The notes: generated by a model from the letters alone, not told the origin. Shown: positions 9,964 to 20,023, counted from the stretch's first letter. The stretch: 64,000 bases of DNA from Rhodothermales bacterium (GCA_040904565.1 JBBDTI010000075.1:1-64000); one strand, 5' to 3'. Numbers and translations: made by a program.

Positions 9964-10005
9964 AGAAGGCTTCGCCGTCCAGCTATACGGCGGAAGCCTT
10001 CTTTT
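9964..10005 (+). terminator. Intrinsic terminator-like hairpin 35 bp before the ffh start
   Basis: AGAAGGCTTC-GCCGT / ACGGC-(G)-GAAGCCTTCT followed by TTT. Confidence 0.65.
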
Positions 10006-10040
10006 ATATCCGCAAACGTCATTGAGAGTTATAAGCGTAC

Positions 10041-11393
10041 ATGTTTGAGAGCCTTTCAGAGAAGCTTGAAGGCGCGCTGCAGTCCGTAAGCGGGCAGGGG
10101 CGGATCAATGAGTTGAATATCGCGAACACGATGCGCGAGATTCGGCGTGCGTTGCTGGATGCGGATGTAAACTATCAGGTGGCCCGCGGCTTTACGGACC
10201 GCGTAAAGGAGGCGGCGCTTGGTGAGGACGTCCTGACGTCCGTTTCCCCGGGCCAGCAGCTCGTGAAGCTGGTTTACGAGGAGCTGGTCCAGCTTCTCGG
10301 AGAGGAGCAGGTGGATATTCATCGCGCCCAGAACCCGCCGACGGTGATTCTCGTGGCGGGGCTGCAGGGATCCGGGAAGACCACGTTCTGTGCGAAGCTG
10401 GCTGCGTATTATAAGAATGAAGGCAGCGCACCGCTGCTTGCTGCCGCCGACGTGTATCGTCCGGCTGCGGTCGACCAGCTGAAGACGCTGGCGGATTCTA
10501 TCAACGTGCCGGTCTATTCCGTTCTTGAGGATGGACGACCCGTAGAGGACGCCGTTCGCGTCGCGTCGGAGGCCGTGGCGGAAGCGCGCAGGAAGGCTCG
10601 GGACATCGTGATTATCGATACGGCGGGTCGGTTGCACATCGACGAGAAGATGATGGCGGAGGTCACGGCGATCCGAGAGGCCGTCGAACCTCACGAAACG
10701 CTCTTCGTCGTCGACAGCATGACCGGCCAGGATGCCGTAAATACGGCACTCGAATTCAACAAGCAGCTCGATTACGACGGTGTCGTGCTGACCAAGCTGG
10801 ACGGAGACACGCGCGGCGGTGCCGCGTTGTCGATTCGCTCGGTCGTCGACAAGCCGATCAAGTTTGCCTCGATGGGTGAGAAGCTGGATGCGTTGACGCC
10901 GTTCTATCCGGATCGTATCGCCCAGCGTATCCTGGGTATGGGAGACGTGGTGTCGTTCGTCGAAAAGGCACAGGAGCAGTTCGACGACCGGCAGGCCGAG
11001 CAGCTGCGGAAGAAGATTCGGTCGCAGGATTTCGATCTGGCTGACTTTTACGAACAGCTTCAAAAAATTAAGAACATGGGCTCGCTGCGTGAGCTCATCG
11101 GGATGATACCCGGCGTGGGACGTCAGATCCGTGATCTGGACGTAGATGACGATGCGTTTAAGGGCATCGAGGCGATCATTCTTTCGATGACGCCTGAAGA
11201 GCGTCGCAACCCTTCCATCCTGAATGGGAGCCGGCGTCGCCGCATTGCCCGCGGAAGCGGTAGCGAGGTGCGAGACGTGAACCAGCTGCTGAAGCAGTTC
11301 AAGGAAATGAAGAAGATGATGAAGACGATGTCCCGCATGATGGGCAAGGGTCGATCCGTCGATCTCGAGCAAATGATGGGTCGGCTTCAGTAA
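10041..11393 (+). CDS. ffh: Signal recognition particle protein Ffh
   Basis: ALLDADV, GLQGSGKTT, DTAGR, TKLDGDTRGGAALS, RILGMGD and a Met-rich M domain. Confidence 0.98.
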   Translation: MFESLSEKLEGALQSVSGQGRINELNIANTMREIRRALLDADVNYQVARGFTDRVKEAALGEDVLTSVSPGQQLVKLVYEELVQLLGEEQVDIHRAQNPPTVILVAGLQGSGKTTFCAKLAAYYKNEGSAPLLAAADVYRPAAVDQLKTLADSINVPVYSVLEDGRPVEDAVRVASEAVAEARRKARDIVIIDTAGRLHIDEKMMAEVTAIREAVEPHETLFVVDSMTGQDAVNTALEFNKQLDYDGVVLTKLDGDTRGGAALSIRSVVDKPIKFASMGEKLDALTPFYPDRIAQRILGMGDVVSFVEKAQEQFDDRQAEQLRKKIRSQDFDLADFYEQLQKIKNMGSLRELIGMIPGVGRQIRDLDVDDDAFKGIEAIILSMTPEERRNPSILNGSRRRRIARGSGSEVRDVNQLLKQFKEMKKMMKTMSRMMGKGRSVDLEQMMGRLQ

Positions 11394-11505
11394 GTAGCAG
11401 CGCCGATGGGCCTTCTTGGGCGTTAGATATGCCCTCTGGAGGCGCACGAAATGAGTGGCGTACAAATAGAGTAATTAGCAATCGTAACAGAGAGGAATAG
11501 ACACC

Positions 11506-12444
11506 GTGGCAGTTAAACTTCGTTTGCGCCGCATGGGCCGGAAAAAGCTCCCCGTATGGGCAGTTGTCGCCGCAGATTCGCGTCGGGCACGTGACGGACG
11601 CTTCATCGAAGACCTAGGGCGATACAATCCCCTGTCTGAGCCTTCGACGGTCGATCTGAAGATCGAGCGTATCCATTACTGGCTCTCTGAGGGAGCGCAG
11701 CCGTCCCACACGGTTCGCGATCTGCTGAGCCGGGAAGGGATTCTTCTCGAGCATCACCTTCGCCTGAAGGGGACGTCGGAAGAAGAGATCGAGGAGGCCG
11801 TTTCGTCACACCGCGAGAAGCGCTTTGAGAAGCTGGGTGCATCCGTCAAGGATACGCCGCGCTCCCGACGCCGGCAGGCGCTTGAGGAAGAGAAGCAGCG
11901 GGTCGCGGAGCAGGAGGCCGAGCAGGCGAAATTGAGGGCGGTAGCGGAGGCTAAAGCCAAGAAGGAGGCCGAAGTCGCTAAGAAGAAGGCCGCTGAAGAG
12001 CGAGCTGCCGCTGCAGAGGAGGCGCGCAAGGAGCAGGAAGCTGCCAACAAGGCGCAGCAGGCCGATGACGCTGCCGAAGAACAAGATAAAAAGAAGGCGG
12101 CGAAAGCCGATGCCGCCGCGAAACCTGAGTCGGACGCCAGTGCAGACGCCGAAGACGCTGAAACCAAGGCCGCTGCAGGCGATGAGTCTGAGGACGCCGC
12201 CAAGGCCGAGGAAGATGACGAAGCGGCTGAGGAGCAGAAGGCGAAGGCCTCTGAGGATTCGGAGGACGACGTTAAGGCTAAGGAGGCCGCCTCCGAGGAT
12301 GGAGACGAGGCGGAAGAGGAGTCGGCTGCGAAGGTCGATGACGCCGCCGATGCGGATGATGACGAGGCCGCTGGTGATGCCGCGTCGAAGGACGAAAAGA
12401 CGTCGAAGAAGAAGAGCAAGAAGAAGAGCAAGAAGAAGTCATAG
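11506..12444 (+). CDS. rpsP: 30S ribosomal protein S16 with a very long low-complexity C-terminal extension
   Basis: MAVKLRLRRMGRKK...RDGRFIEDLGRYNP...GAQPS. Sits in the ffh-rpsP-rimM-trmD-rplS cluster. Confidence 0.95.
   Translation: MAVKLRLRRMGRKKLPVWAVVAADSRRARDGRFIEDLGRYNPLSEPSTVDLKIERIHYWLSEGAQPSHTVRDLLSREGILLEHHLRLKGTSEEEIEEAVSSHREKRFEKLGASVKDTPRSRRRQALEEEKQRVAEQEAEQAKLRAVAEAKAKKEAEVAKKKAAEERAAAAEEARKEQEAANKAQQADDAAEEQDKKKAAKADAAAKPESDASADAEDAETKAAAGDESEDAAKAEEDDEAAEEQKAKASEDSEDDVKAKEAASEDGDEAEEESAAKVDDAADADDDEAAGDAASKDEKTSKKKSKKKSKKKS
12406..12441 (+). repeat. Three 12-bp coding tandem repeats encoding (KKKS)3
   Basis: aagaagaagagc aagaagaagagc aagaagaagtca immediately before the rpsP stop. 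Confidence 0.9.
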
Positions 12445-12493
12445 GAAGGACTGCGACCGGGCCGGGTTCGAATTGCTATAGGCTCAACCGCCG

Positions 12494-13036
12494 ATGAGCG
12501 ACGTTCAAGCCGATACACTCTTGTTGATGGGCCGCATCTGGCGACCTCATGGACTGGACGGTGAGGTGAAGATCATTCCGGAAACGGATGATCCGAAGCG
12601 GTTCGAGGATCTCGAGGTCGTACACACGGGTAGGACCGCGAGCACGACGGAGACCAGGGCCGTCGAGAAGGTACGCTTTCAGACGACCAAGAAGGGCACG
12701 CTGGTCATCGTAAAGCTGGAAGGCGTCGATTCGCGAGAAAAGGCGGCGGAATTAAATAAGTCGTCGGTGTTTGTTCGCAGAGAAGACGTGCCACCGCTCG
12801 CGGACGATGAGTATTTCGTTCACGATCTGATCGGGCTGACGGCGGTCCTCGATGAAGGCGGTGAGATCGGGCTCGTCGATAACGTCCTGGATTTGCCGGG
12901 GCAGAACGTACTGGTGATTGCCCGGGAGGGACGCGAGCCGGCCATGGTGCCGGCGGTGCCGGAATTTGTGCGCAGCATCGATTTAACCTCGGGCCGGGTA
13001 GTAATCCGGCCGATTGAAGGATTACTGGAAGAATAG
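12494..13036 (+). CDS. rimM: Ribosome maturation factor RimM
   Basis: GRIWRPHGLDGEVK, DDEYFVHDLIG, MVPAVPEFV; synteny. Confidence 0.95.
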   Translation: MSDVQADTLLLMGRIWRPHGLDGEVKIIPETDDPKRFEDLEVVHTGRTASTTETRAVEKVRFQTTKKGTLVIVKLEGVDSREKAAELNKSSVFVRREDVPPLADDEYFVHDLIGLTAVLDEGGEIGLVDNVLDLPGQNVLVIAREGREPAMVPAVPEFVRSIDLTSGRVVIRPIEGLLEE

Positions 13037-13045
13037 GACGGTTGT

Positions 13046-13735
13046 TTGCCCCTGCGCATCGACATAGTGACGGCATTACCGGGGATCGTCTCGGGACCCC
13101 TGCAGCACAGCATCTTGAAACGTGCGGCTGCAAAGGGACTCGTCGATATTCGCGTACACGACCTGCGCGAGTACGCTACCGACAAGCATCGGCAGCTGGA
13201 CGACTACCCGTACGGTGGCGGGGCGGGCATGGTACTGAAGCCGGAACCGATCTTTCGATGCATTGAGGCGATCAAGGAAGACGCATCGTCGCCGGTCGAC
13301 GAGGTGGTATTCCTGACACCGGACGGCGAAATACTCGACCAGCGCATCGCGACCGATCTGTCCCTCCAGCGCCATGTGGTGCTTCTGGCGGGTCATTATA
13401 AGGGGATCGATCAGCGGATCAGGGACGTGCTCGTCACGCGCGAGCTTTCCATTGGCGATTACGTCCTCAGCGGCGGCGAACTTCCGGCCCTGGTGGTGGT
13501 CGATGCCGTCGTTCGCCTCCTTCCGGGTGTCCTGGGTAATGCGGAGTCGGCGCTGACCGATTCCTTTCAAAACGATCTTCTGGACGCGCCGTTGTACACG
13601 CGACCGGCGGAGTACCGGGGAATGGAAGTCCCGGATGTCCTGCTGTCAGGCGACCACGAACGGATCGCGGCGTGGCGTGAGAAGCAGCGACGTAGGCTAA
13701 CGAAGTCCCGACGCCCCGATCTGCTCGAAGAGTAG
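13046..13735 (+). CDS. trmD: tRNA (guanine-N1)-methyltransferase
   Basis: [37 protein letters not shown]. Non-ATG (TTG) start. Confidence 0.96.
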   Translation: MPLRIDIVTALPGIVSGPLQHSILKRAAAKGLVDIRVHDLREYATDKHRQLDDYPYGGGAGMVLKPEPIFRCIEAIKEDASSPVDEVVFLTPDGEILDQRIATDLSLQRHVVLLAGHYKGIDQRIRDVLVTRELSIGDYVLSGGELPALVVVDAVVRLLPGVLGNAESALTDSFQNDLLDAPLYTRPAEYRGMEVPDVLLSGDHERIAAWREKQRRRLTKSRRPDLLEE

Positions 13736-13802
13736 ATACGGATGAGGCGCCGCGATAAACTTGACGCAATTTATAACCGATACATCTAACAGGAGCAGCA
13801 CG

Positions 13803-14171
13803 ATGGCTACGGATCTCTTAAGTCTCATAGAGGCTACCCAGTATCGGGATGACCTCCCCGAATTCAAACCCGGCGATACGGTCAACGTGCATGTGCGCGT
13901 GATCGAAGGCGATAAGGAACGCATCCAGCAGTATCAGGGTGTCGTCATCGCGGATCAGGGAAGTGGTGCCGGTCGCACGTTCACCGTTCGCAAGGTGTCG
14001 AGCGGCGTAGGCGTTGAACGCATATTTCCTCTCTTCTCACCGAAGATTGCCAAGATCGAACGGATCCGTCAGGGACAGGTGCGACGGGCGAAGCTGTACT
14101 TCCTTCGCGAGCGGCGTGGGAAGGCAGCGCGTATCAAGGAGAAGATGTACGATCCCTCTCGTAAAGCGTAG
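13803..14171 (+). CDS. rplS: 50S ribosomal protein L19
   Basis: [50 protein letters not shown] upstream of ATG 13803. Confidence 0.97.
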   Translation: MATDLLSLIEATQYRDDLPEFKPGDTVNVHVRVIEGDKERIQQYQGVVIADQGSGAGRTFTVRKVSSGVGVERIFPLFSPKIAKIERIRQGQVRRAKLYFLRERRGKAARIKEKMYDPSRKA

Positions 14172-14222
14172 TTGCTCGTTGCTGCCTCCCGCAGCGTTCG
14201 CCGCCAGGCATAAAGCCTCGGT

Positions 14223-14261
14223 AAAAAGCCGCCGGTACGAATTTCGTCTGGCGGCTTTTTT
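14223..14261 (+). terminator. Intrinsic (possibly bidirectional) terminator after rplS
   Basis: AAAAA-GCCGCCGG...CTGGCGGC-TTTTTT. Confidence 0.85.
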
Positions 14262-14315
14262 ATGAAGGTGAATGGGCGCTACGCGTTGGACCTCGACTCT
14301 ACTGGAGCTTCACTC

Positions 14316-15140
14316 ATGAAACTTGCCGTCTGGAATCTCCCGCCGGTCGATCTGCTCACGGTCGGCTTCTCATCCGGCGACCAGGAGGAGCCATTCGATA
14401 TACAGCGGCTTCGCCTGCCGGATTGCGAACGCGTGCTTCTGGAAGGGCATGTCGATGTGGCACTGCTTCCCACGAAGACCGTGCTCGAGCATCACGGTGA
14501 CCTGGACGTTATACCGGCCGTTGCCCTGTCGACCTGGAAGTATCCTTTTGCCCGCGTGGTGCTCGAGAAGGGTCTGGGGACGAAGGCCCGCTCGCTGGCG
14601 TTCAATCCGGACTACGGCCAGGAACGCTTCCTCGCCGAACTTTTGCTGCGAGAGCACTACAAGATCGAGCCGGAATTCGTGCCGTACCCCGGAGCAGATC
14701 CCATCGAGCTGATGGATGAGGGGCACGACGCCGCCCTTCTGGTAGGAGGGGACGTTCCGATGATGTCTGTCGATGGACGGGCCCTCGACCTGGGGCAGGA
14801 GTGGATCGAACTCGCGAACTATCCGATGACGTGGGGACTCTTCGCCGCCAGAAAAGGAGAGATCGGTCCGTCGGCCGTTCGTGCCGTTCGCGACGCCGTG
14901 CTCGAATCAGAGCGCCGAAAGAAGGTGTGGCTGCGTGCGACGGAGACCTCGGAGCCCCTTCATGCGTTCTATGCGGACGATCTGAGATTTCGGCTGGACG
15001 ATCTCTGCATCGCCGGAATGACGGAACTGCGGCAGTTTCTGTTCTATTATGACCTCGTCGACGACGTGCGGAACATTCCCTTTCTGTTCCTGCCGGACGA
15101 CGACGCGGAATCTGACGAAGGAAAGAGACCCCTCTTGTAG
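14316..15140 (+). CDS. MqnA/MqnD-like solute-binding-fold protein (futalosine menaquinone pathway family)
   Basis: LLEGHVDVALLP, DAALLVGGD and LDLGQEW...YPMTWGLFAAR resemble the MqnA C-terminal signature (DLGxxW...LPFVFAVW). GGAG RBS before ATG 14316. Confidence 0.65.
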   Translation: MKLAVWNLPPVDLLTVGFSSGDQEEPFDIQRLRLPDCERVLLEGHVDVALLPTKTVLEHHGDLDVIPAVALSTWKYPFARVVLEKGLGTKARSLAFNPDYGQERFLAELLLREHYKIEPEFVPYPGADPIELMDEGHDAALLVGGDVPMMSVDGRALDLGQEWIELANYPMTWGLFAARKGEIGPSAVRAVRDAVLESERRKKVWLRATETSEPLHAFYADDLRFRLDDLCIAGMTELRQFLFYYDLVDDVRNIPFLFLPDDDAESDEGKRPLL

Positions 15141-15145
15141 GCTGT

Positions 15146-15607
15146 ATGGCTGACGGCATCAAAATAGTAGCCAAGAACCGCAAGGCCAGGTACGAATATG
15201 CCATCGACGACACCCTGGAGGCAGGCATCGTTCTCCAGGGAAGTGAGGTGAAATCGATTCGCGAAGGTCGAATCAGCCTCCAGGAAGCATTCTGCCGGGT
15301 CGAGAACGGAGAGATGAAGCTCTTCAACTGCCACATCGCCCCGTATTCCCACGGCGATGCGGCTACGGCACCCGATGCGACCCGCACCCGGAAGCTGCTC
15401 CTGCATCAGTCCGAGATCCGGAAATGGGAAAAGGCGAGCCAGCAGCAGGGGTACACGATCATTCCCCTTATGGTTTATTTTCGCAACGGCTATGCAAAGA
15501 TCGAGATCGGCCTCGCCAAAGGAAAGAAACTGCACGACAAGCGTGCCGACGTCGCCGAAAAAGAGGCGAAGCGCCGGATGGAGCAGCTCTCCAGACAGAA
15601 TTACTAG
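15146..15607 (+). CDS. smpB: SsrA-binding protein
   Basis: NRKARYEY, EAGIVLQGSEVKSIR, RTRKLLLH, AKGKKLHDKR. Confidence 0.97.
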   Translation: MADGIKIVAKNRKARYEYAIDDTLEAGIVLQGSEVKSIREGRISLQEAFCRVENGEMKLFNCHIAPYSHGDAATAPDATRTRKLLLHQSEIRKWEKASQQQGYTIIPLMVYFRNGYAKIEIGLAKGKKLHDKRADVAEKEAKRRMEQLSRQNY

Positions 15608-15723
15608 ATCGCGCCGGGCCCCAGTCGAACGAGGCGGTCAGTGCCCAGCCACCGACCTCGCGTTTCACCTGATCAGGCCGCCCCAATCCACTTACCAGCA
15701 ACGCTTTACGTAGAAGAAGATAC

Positions 15724-16950
15724 ATGACTTTCCCTCCAGTAGAGGAGCAGCTCGCGCAGATTGAGCGGGGTGCATCTGAGATTATACCTAAGGATCAGCT
15801 CGTGGAAAAGCTGAAGCGGGCCGAGAAAACCGGCAAGCCGCTCGTCGTGAAACTCGGTTGCGATCCGAGCCGTCCCGATCTGCATCTCGGCCACGCCGTC
15901 GTGCTCCGAAAGCTCAGGCAATTTCAGGATCTCGGTCATCGCGCCGTGCTGATCGTCGGTGACTTTACGGGGATGATCGGCGATCCGAGTGGGCGTTCCA
16001 AGACCCGGCCCGCACTGACGGTCGAAGAGACGCGACGCAACGGCGAGAGCTACTTCGAACAGGCATCCAAGATTCTCGACCCGGATCGTACGCGGATCGT
16101 TTACAACTCGGAGTGGCTGGAGGAAATGAGCTTCAGCGACGTCATCGAGCTTGCCGGTAAATATACGGTAGCCCGGATGCTCGAGCGTGATGACTTCGAG
16201 AAACGCTACGAGGCGGGCGAACCCATCGGAATCCACGAGTTCCTTTACCCACTCGCGCAGGCGCAGGATTCGGTGGCTATCGAATCGGACGTAGAGCTGG
16301 GAGGAACGGATCAGAAGTTCAATCTGCTCGTCGGCCGTGACATCCAGCAGTCGGCGGGCCAGGAGTCCCAGGTCTGCGTCATGCTGCCCATTCTACCGGG
16401 GACGGACGGCGTCGAGAAAATGTCGAAGTCGCTGGATAATTATATCGGTATCAGCGAGGCACCTGAGGAGATGTACGGGAAGACGCTCTCGATACCCGAT
16501 GAACTCATGTACACGTATTTCGAGCTGGCGACGGACGTGCCCACGGAGGATCTTCCGAAGATCAGGGAATTCATTCAGGAGGATCCGCGCAACGCGAAGC
16601 ACCGCCTTGCCGCCACCATCGTGCGGATGTACCACGGCGACGATGCGGCGTCGGCAGCCCGCGCTCACTTCGAGAAGACAATCGTACAGGGCGAAGTGCC
16701 GGACGACGTCGAGTCATTTCAGCCGGAACCGGACGAAGGTGCGAAGATCGGCATTCTGAATCTGATGTCCCAGGCCGGACTCACCAGCTCGAACGGGCAG
16801 GCCCGCCGCCTCATCAAGCAAAATGCCGTTTCGATCGACGGCGAAAAAATCGGCGACGTGTATCTACAGATCGACCTCGCCAATGAGACGCCGTTCGTGC
16901 TGAAGGTCGGCAAACGTCGCTATGCCAGAATCGTCTGGGACGGCCATTGA
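15724..16950 (+). CDS. tyrS: Tyrosine--tRNA ligase
   Basis: GCDPSRPDLHLGH (HIGH), GGTDQKFN, KMSKS, C-terminal S4-like domain with VGKRR. Confidence 0.97.
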   Translation: MTFPPVEEQLAQIERGASEIIPKDQLVEKLKRAEKTGKPLVVKLGCDPSRPDLHLGHAVVLRKLRQFQDLGHRAVLIVGDFTGMIGDPSGRSKTRPALTVEETRRNGESYFEQASKILDPDRTRIVYNSEWLEEMSFSDVIELAGKYTVARMLERDDFEKRYEAGEPIGIHEFLYPLAQAQDSVAIESDVELGGTDQKFNLLVGRDIQQSAGQESQVCVMLPILPGTDGVEKMSKSLDNYIGISEAPEEMYGKTLSIPDELMYTYFELATDVPTEDLPKIREFIQEDPRNAKHRLAATIVRMYHGDDAASAARAHFEKTIVQGEVPDDVESFQPEPDEGAKIGILNLMSQAGLTSSNGQARRLIKQNAVSIDGEKIGDVYLQIDLANETPFVLKVGKRRYARIVWDGH

Positions 16951-17055
16951 GGCCTTCCCGGAACTGGTCAGTGGAGCCGACATATATTCGGTAGATGGCG
17001 GGATCGGTGCCAATCGTTCCGTCAGATGCGTGCGCACCACTTCGTCCGATCGATT

Positions 17056-19494
17056 ATGCGTATACGTGCTCTTCTCGTCGTTCTATGCGCTCTCCTCGTA
17101 GTCCCGCGGGCGGCGCACGCGCAGTCGCCGGACGAGCTGATGGAGGAAGGCATACTTGCCTTTCGCGACGGACGATACGATGACGCCGTCGGTGTGCTCG
17201 AACGAGTCGCGCGCGAGGATCCCGACCGGGGTGAAGCCCATTTCCTGCTGGCCCGCATTTATACGGAGACGCCCCTTGCCGACGAAGACCGGGCCGAGGC
17301 GGCGCTCGACAGGGCCCTGAAGCTCGAGCCCGAAAATGTCACCTATCTCGTCGGGCGACTGCGTCAACTGCGAAAGGAATCGTGGAATTTCTTCCAGGAA
17401 CGCATTCGCGAGCAGAAGCGAATCGCACTGGCCAGGGATATTCTGGAGCTCGATTCGACGAACGCGTTTGCCCACGAAGAACTGGGTGCCTCTTTCATCC
17501 GGGATTTCTGGCGCTATCGAAATGCGATCATGTTGCCTACGATGAGTTTTAGCGGCTCGTCGTTCAGAGCGGGTGGTCCCATGGCGCTGGGGGAGGCTCC
17601 GCGTGGACAATCGTCCCTTCCGGGTGAGGACGACGACGTGACGAACGTGACGGACCCTCTGAGCGAGCTTGGGCCCAGGCAGGATACGCAGATGGAGTTC
17701 TTCGATCCGGAGACGGTATTCCCCGCGGATCGCTTCGATATCGGGAAGCTCGAGCGGATGGGCATTCCCGTGAATCAACTTGCGGCACGGGCCCAACGCG
17801 CCTACGACCGGGCGATCGGCCACCTTACGACGGCGTTGGAAACGGATCCGCGACGCCGGACCGTCTACGAGTACCTGATGGAGATCTACGCGCTGAAGGG
17901 AGAGTACGGCGAGGCACAGTCGATGCTGGAAGACATGTATACATTCTATGCGGAGGATCCGCTAACGTGGCTGTATATGGGATTGACGCAGTACCGGTCG
18001 GGCCATCTTCAGGGCGCTGCCAATGCCTTCGAGACGGCATTCCGGTACATGGACGAAGCGGACAGGGCCGCCTTCGAGGAGCTGGACTACCTGCTGCCGC
18101 GTGAAGAACGGTCGCAGTATCGGGAAGACCCCGTCAGTTATGCGTCGAGGTTCTGGACGAGCAAAGATCCGAGATACCTGACGCCGTTCAACGAGCGGAA
18201 GCTCGAGCACTATGCGCGGCTCGTCTATGCCGATCTCCTTTATGGAAGTGACGATCTGGGGTTGAGAGGATGGAGCACGGAACGCGGACGCATCCTGGTA
18301 CGCTACGGCCCACCTGATCGAGACGTGGTTATCGTACCCGGCAGCACCTCGCGGATCGACGATCTCGGGCTCGCGCCGCGGTCAGGGTCGGGCGCGGCCT
18401 CCGCCGATCGTACGCCGGCGGATATGAACTTCTCTCCGCGATCGGGTCACGCGGGCGCCGGCTTCGATATGGGTGCAGAGGCCAATACATTCAACATATG
18501 GGACTACGGAGACTTTCGGTTCGTCTTCGAAGATCCGTTTCGGAACGGGGAGTATCGACTGTACACTCCGAGTGCTTCCGACGTGTCGGGCGGCGTGCCT
18601 CCGTGGATGAACGACTATTCGATACGGGCGCGCGAGACGTTCGCGCGCATACCGGAACGGTACGACTATGAGGCGCCGGGGCGTCAGGTGGAGATACCGT
18701 TCCTCGTAAGCTCGTTCAAGGGAGAGGGCGGTGCCGATCTGTACGTTCACTACGGCATCCCTATCTCAGAGGAGGGAGCCCGGGAGGAGACCATCAATAT
18801 ATCCGCGCAGGTCGGAGCCTTCCTGGTGAGCGGCCGGCGCGATCTTCTGGTAGAACGCCGGCGCACGATATACGGGCTGCGAGGAGAGCGCGTACGCTCG
18901 TTCGAGGAGGCACACCTGTGGGTGGATAGTGAGGAGATGGCGGCCCCCGCCGGTCGCCACGAGGTATCCATGGAGTTCGAGACGGCGGGTGGAGGAACGG
19001 TGGCCGTGCAGCGCCGAGAGGTCGACGTTCCGGATTACGAAGCCGAACGACTTCAACTCAGCGACGTGATGCTTGCGTATGCCGTTGAGGAGGTCTATGG
19101 GGGAGAATCGGGATCCGGAAGCGTGCAACGAGACGGCCTTTCGATCGCGCCCGCGCCGTGGAGCGTATTCTCCCACGGACAGCCGATCTACCTCTTTTTC
19201 GAGGTATACCATCTGGCCCGTAACGCGGAGAACCTGACGCACTATGAGATAGATGCCCAGCTCCTGCCCAGGGACGAATCCGGGCCTATCGGACGGTTCG
19301 TAAAGAATCTATTCGGTGGAGCGGAGGGGGTTTCCGTCAGCCTGCCGGGTTCGGGAACGCAGTCCGATGAAGGGCACTATCTCATTATGGATGCCTCCAA
19401 TCAGGAGCCGGGGCTCTACACGCTGACGCTTCGCGTGCGCGACACGGTGGCGGGCAGTTCGGTGGAGCGAGCCGTCGATCTCTTCCTCGAGTGA
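17056..19494 (+). CDS. Secreted TPR + GWxTD-domain protein
   Basis: Signal peptide (AAHA-Q), TPR-like helices, FWTSKDP...NERKLEHYARLVYAD...GWSTERGRILVRYGPPD. Confidence 0.82.
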   Translation: MRIRALLVVLCALLVVPRAAHAQSPDELMEEGILAFRDGRYDDAVGVLERVAREDPDRGEAHFLLARIYTETPLADEDRAEAALDRALKLEPENVTYLVGRLRQLRKESWNFFQERIREQKRIALARDILELDSTNAFAHEELGASFIRDFWRYRNAIMLPTMSFSGSSFRAGGPMALGEAPRGQSSLPGEDDDVTNVTDPLSELGPRQDTQMEFFDPETVFPADRFDIGKLERMGIPVNQLAARAQRAYDRAIGHLTTALETDPRRRTVYEYLMEIYALKGEYGEAQSMLEDMYTFYAEDPLTWLYMGLTQYRSGHLQGAANAFETAFRYMDEADRAAFEELDYLLPREERSQYREDPVSYASRFWTSKDPRYLTPFNERKLEHYARLVYADLLYGSDDLGLRGWSTERGRILVRYGPPDRDVVIVPGSTSRIDDLGLAPRSGSGAASADRTPADMNFSPRSGHAGAGFDMGAEANTFNIWDYGDFRFVFEDPFRNGEYRLYTPSASDVSGGVPPWMNDYSIRARETFARIPERYDYEAPGRQVEIPFLVSSFKGEGGADLYVHYGIPISEEGAREETINISAQVGAFLVSGRRDLLVERRRTIYGLRGERVRSFEEAHLWVDSEEMAAPAGRHEVSMEFETAGGGTVAVQRREVDVPDYEAERLQLSDVMLAYAVEEVYGGESGSGSVQRDGLSIAPAPWSVFSHGQPIYLFFEVYHLARNAENLTHYEIDAQLLPRDESGPIGRFVKNLFGGAEGVSVSLPGSGTQSDEGHYLIMDASNQEPGLYTLTLRVRDTVAGSSVERAVDLFLE

Positions 19495-19504
19495 CGCTGC
19501 GGTG

Positions 19505-19999
19505 CTAGCCGCCCAGCTTATTCTGGACGGAAGCGTCCATTTCTTCGACTTTCGCAATCAGATCGCGCTTATAGGCGACGATTCGGTCCTGCACGTCCCG
19601 GTCGGAGGCACCGATTATCTGTGCCGCAAGAAGTCCGGCATTGCGGGCCTTACCGATCGCGACGGTTGCTACCGGCACCCCGTTAGGCATCTGAACGATG
19701 GATAGCAGGGAGTCGAGTCCCTGGAGGTTCCTGGTGGGAACGGGCACGCCGATGACGGGCAACGGGGAGTAGGCGGCGATCATGCCGGGCAGATGGGCGG
19801 CTCCGCCCGCCCCGGCGATGATGACCTTTACGCCGCGTTCGTGTGCCGTCCGCGCGTAGTCTGCCATATAGTGCGGTGTACGGTGCGCGGAAAGGACGCG
19901 GCTTTCGAACGAGATGTCCAGTTCGCGGAGTACGGTTGCCGCATCTTCCATGACGGGAAGATCGGATTCCGATCCCATCGTAATGCCTACCAGTGCCAT
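19505..19999 (-). CDS. purE: N5-carboxyaminoimidazole ribonucleotide mutase
   Basis: [37 protein letters not shown]. Confidence 0.97.
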   Translation of the reverse strand: MALVGITMGSESDLPVMEDAATVLRELDISFESRVLSAHRTPHYMADYARTAHERGVKVIIAGAGGAAHLPGMIAAYSPLPVIGVPVPTRNLQGLDSLLSIVQMPNGVPVATVAIGKARNAGLLAAQIIGASDRDVQDRIVAYKRDLIAKVEEMDASVQNKLGG

Positions 20000-20023
20000 A
20001 GCAGTCCGTATCGATTAGTAATT

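Noticed and set aside
9898-10005. SRP 4.5S RNA next to ffh
   Set aside because: It lacks the helix-8 signature (CAGG...GGAA loop...AGCAG).
10056-11465. 469-aa minus-strand ORF, and similar long antisense ORFs such as 1853-2968, 27291-28193, 33229-34392, 49568-50545 and 52418-53434
   Set aside because: They are antisense shadows of well-supported genes, expected from GC-rich codon bias, and carry no recognisable motifs.
15608-15723. tmRNA or T-box between smpB and tyrS
   Set aside because: The gap is only about 115 bp, with no tRNA-like ends or T-box motif.
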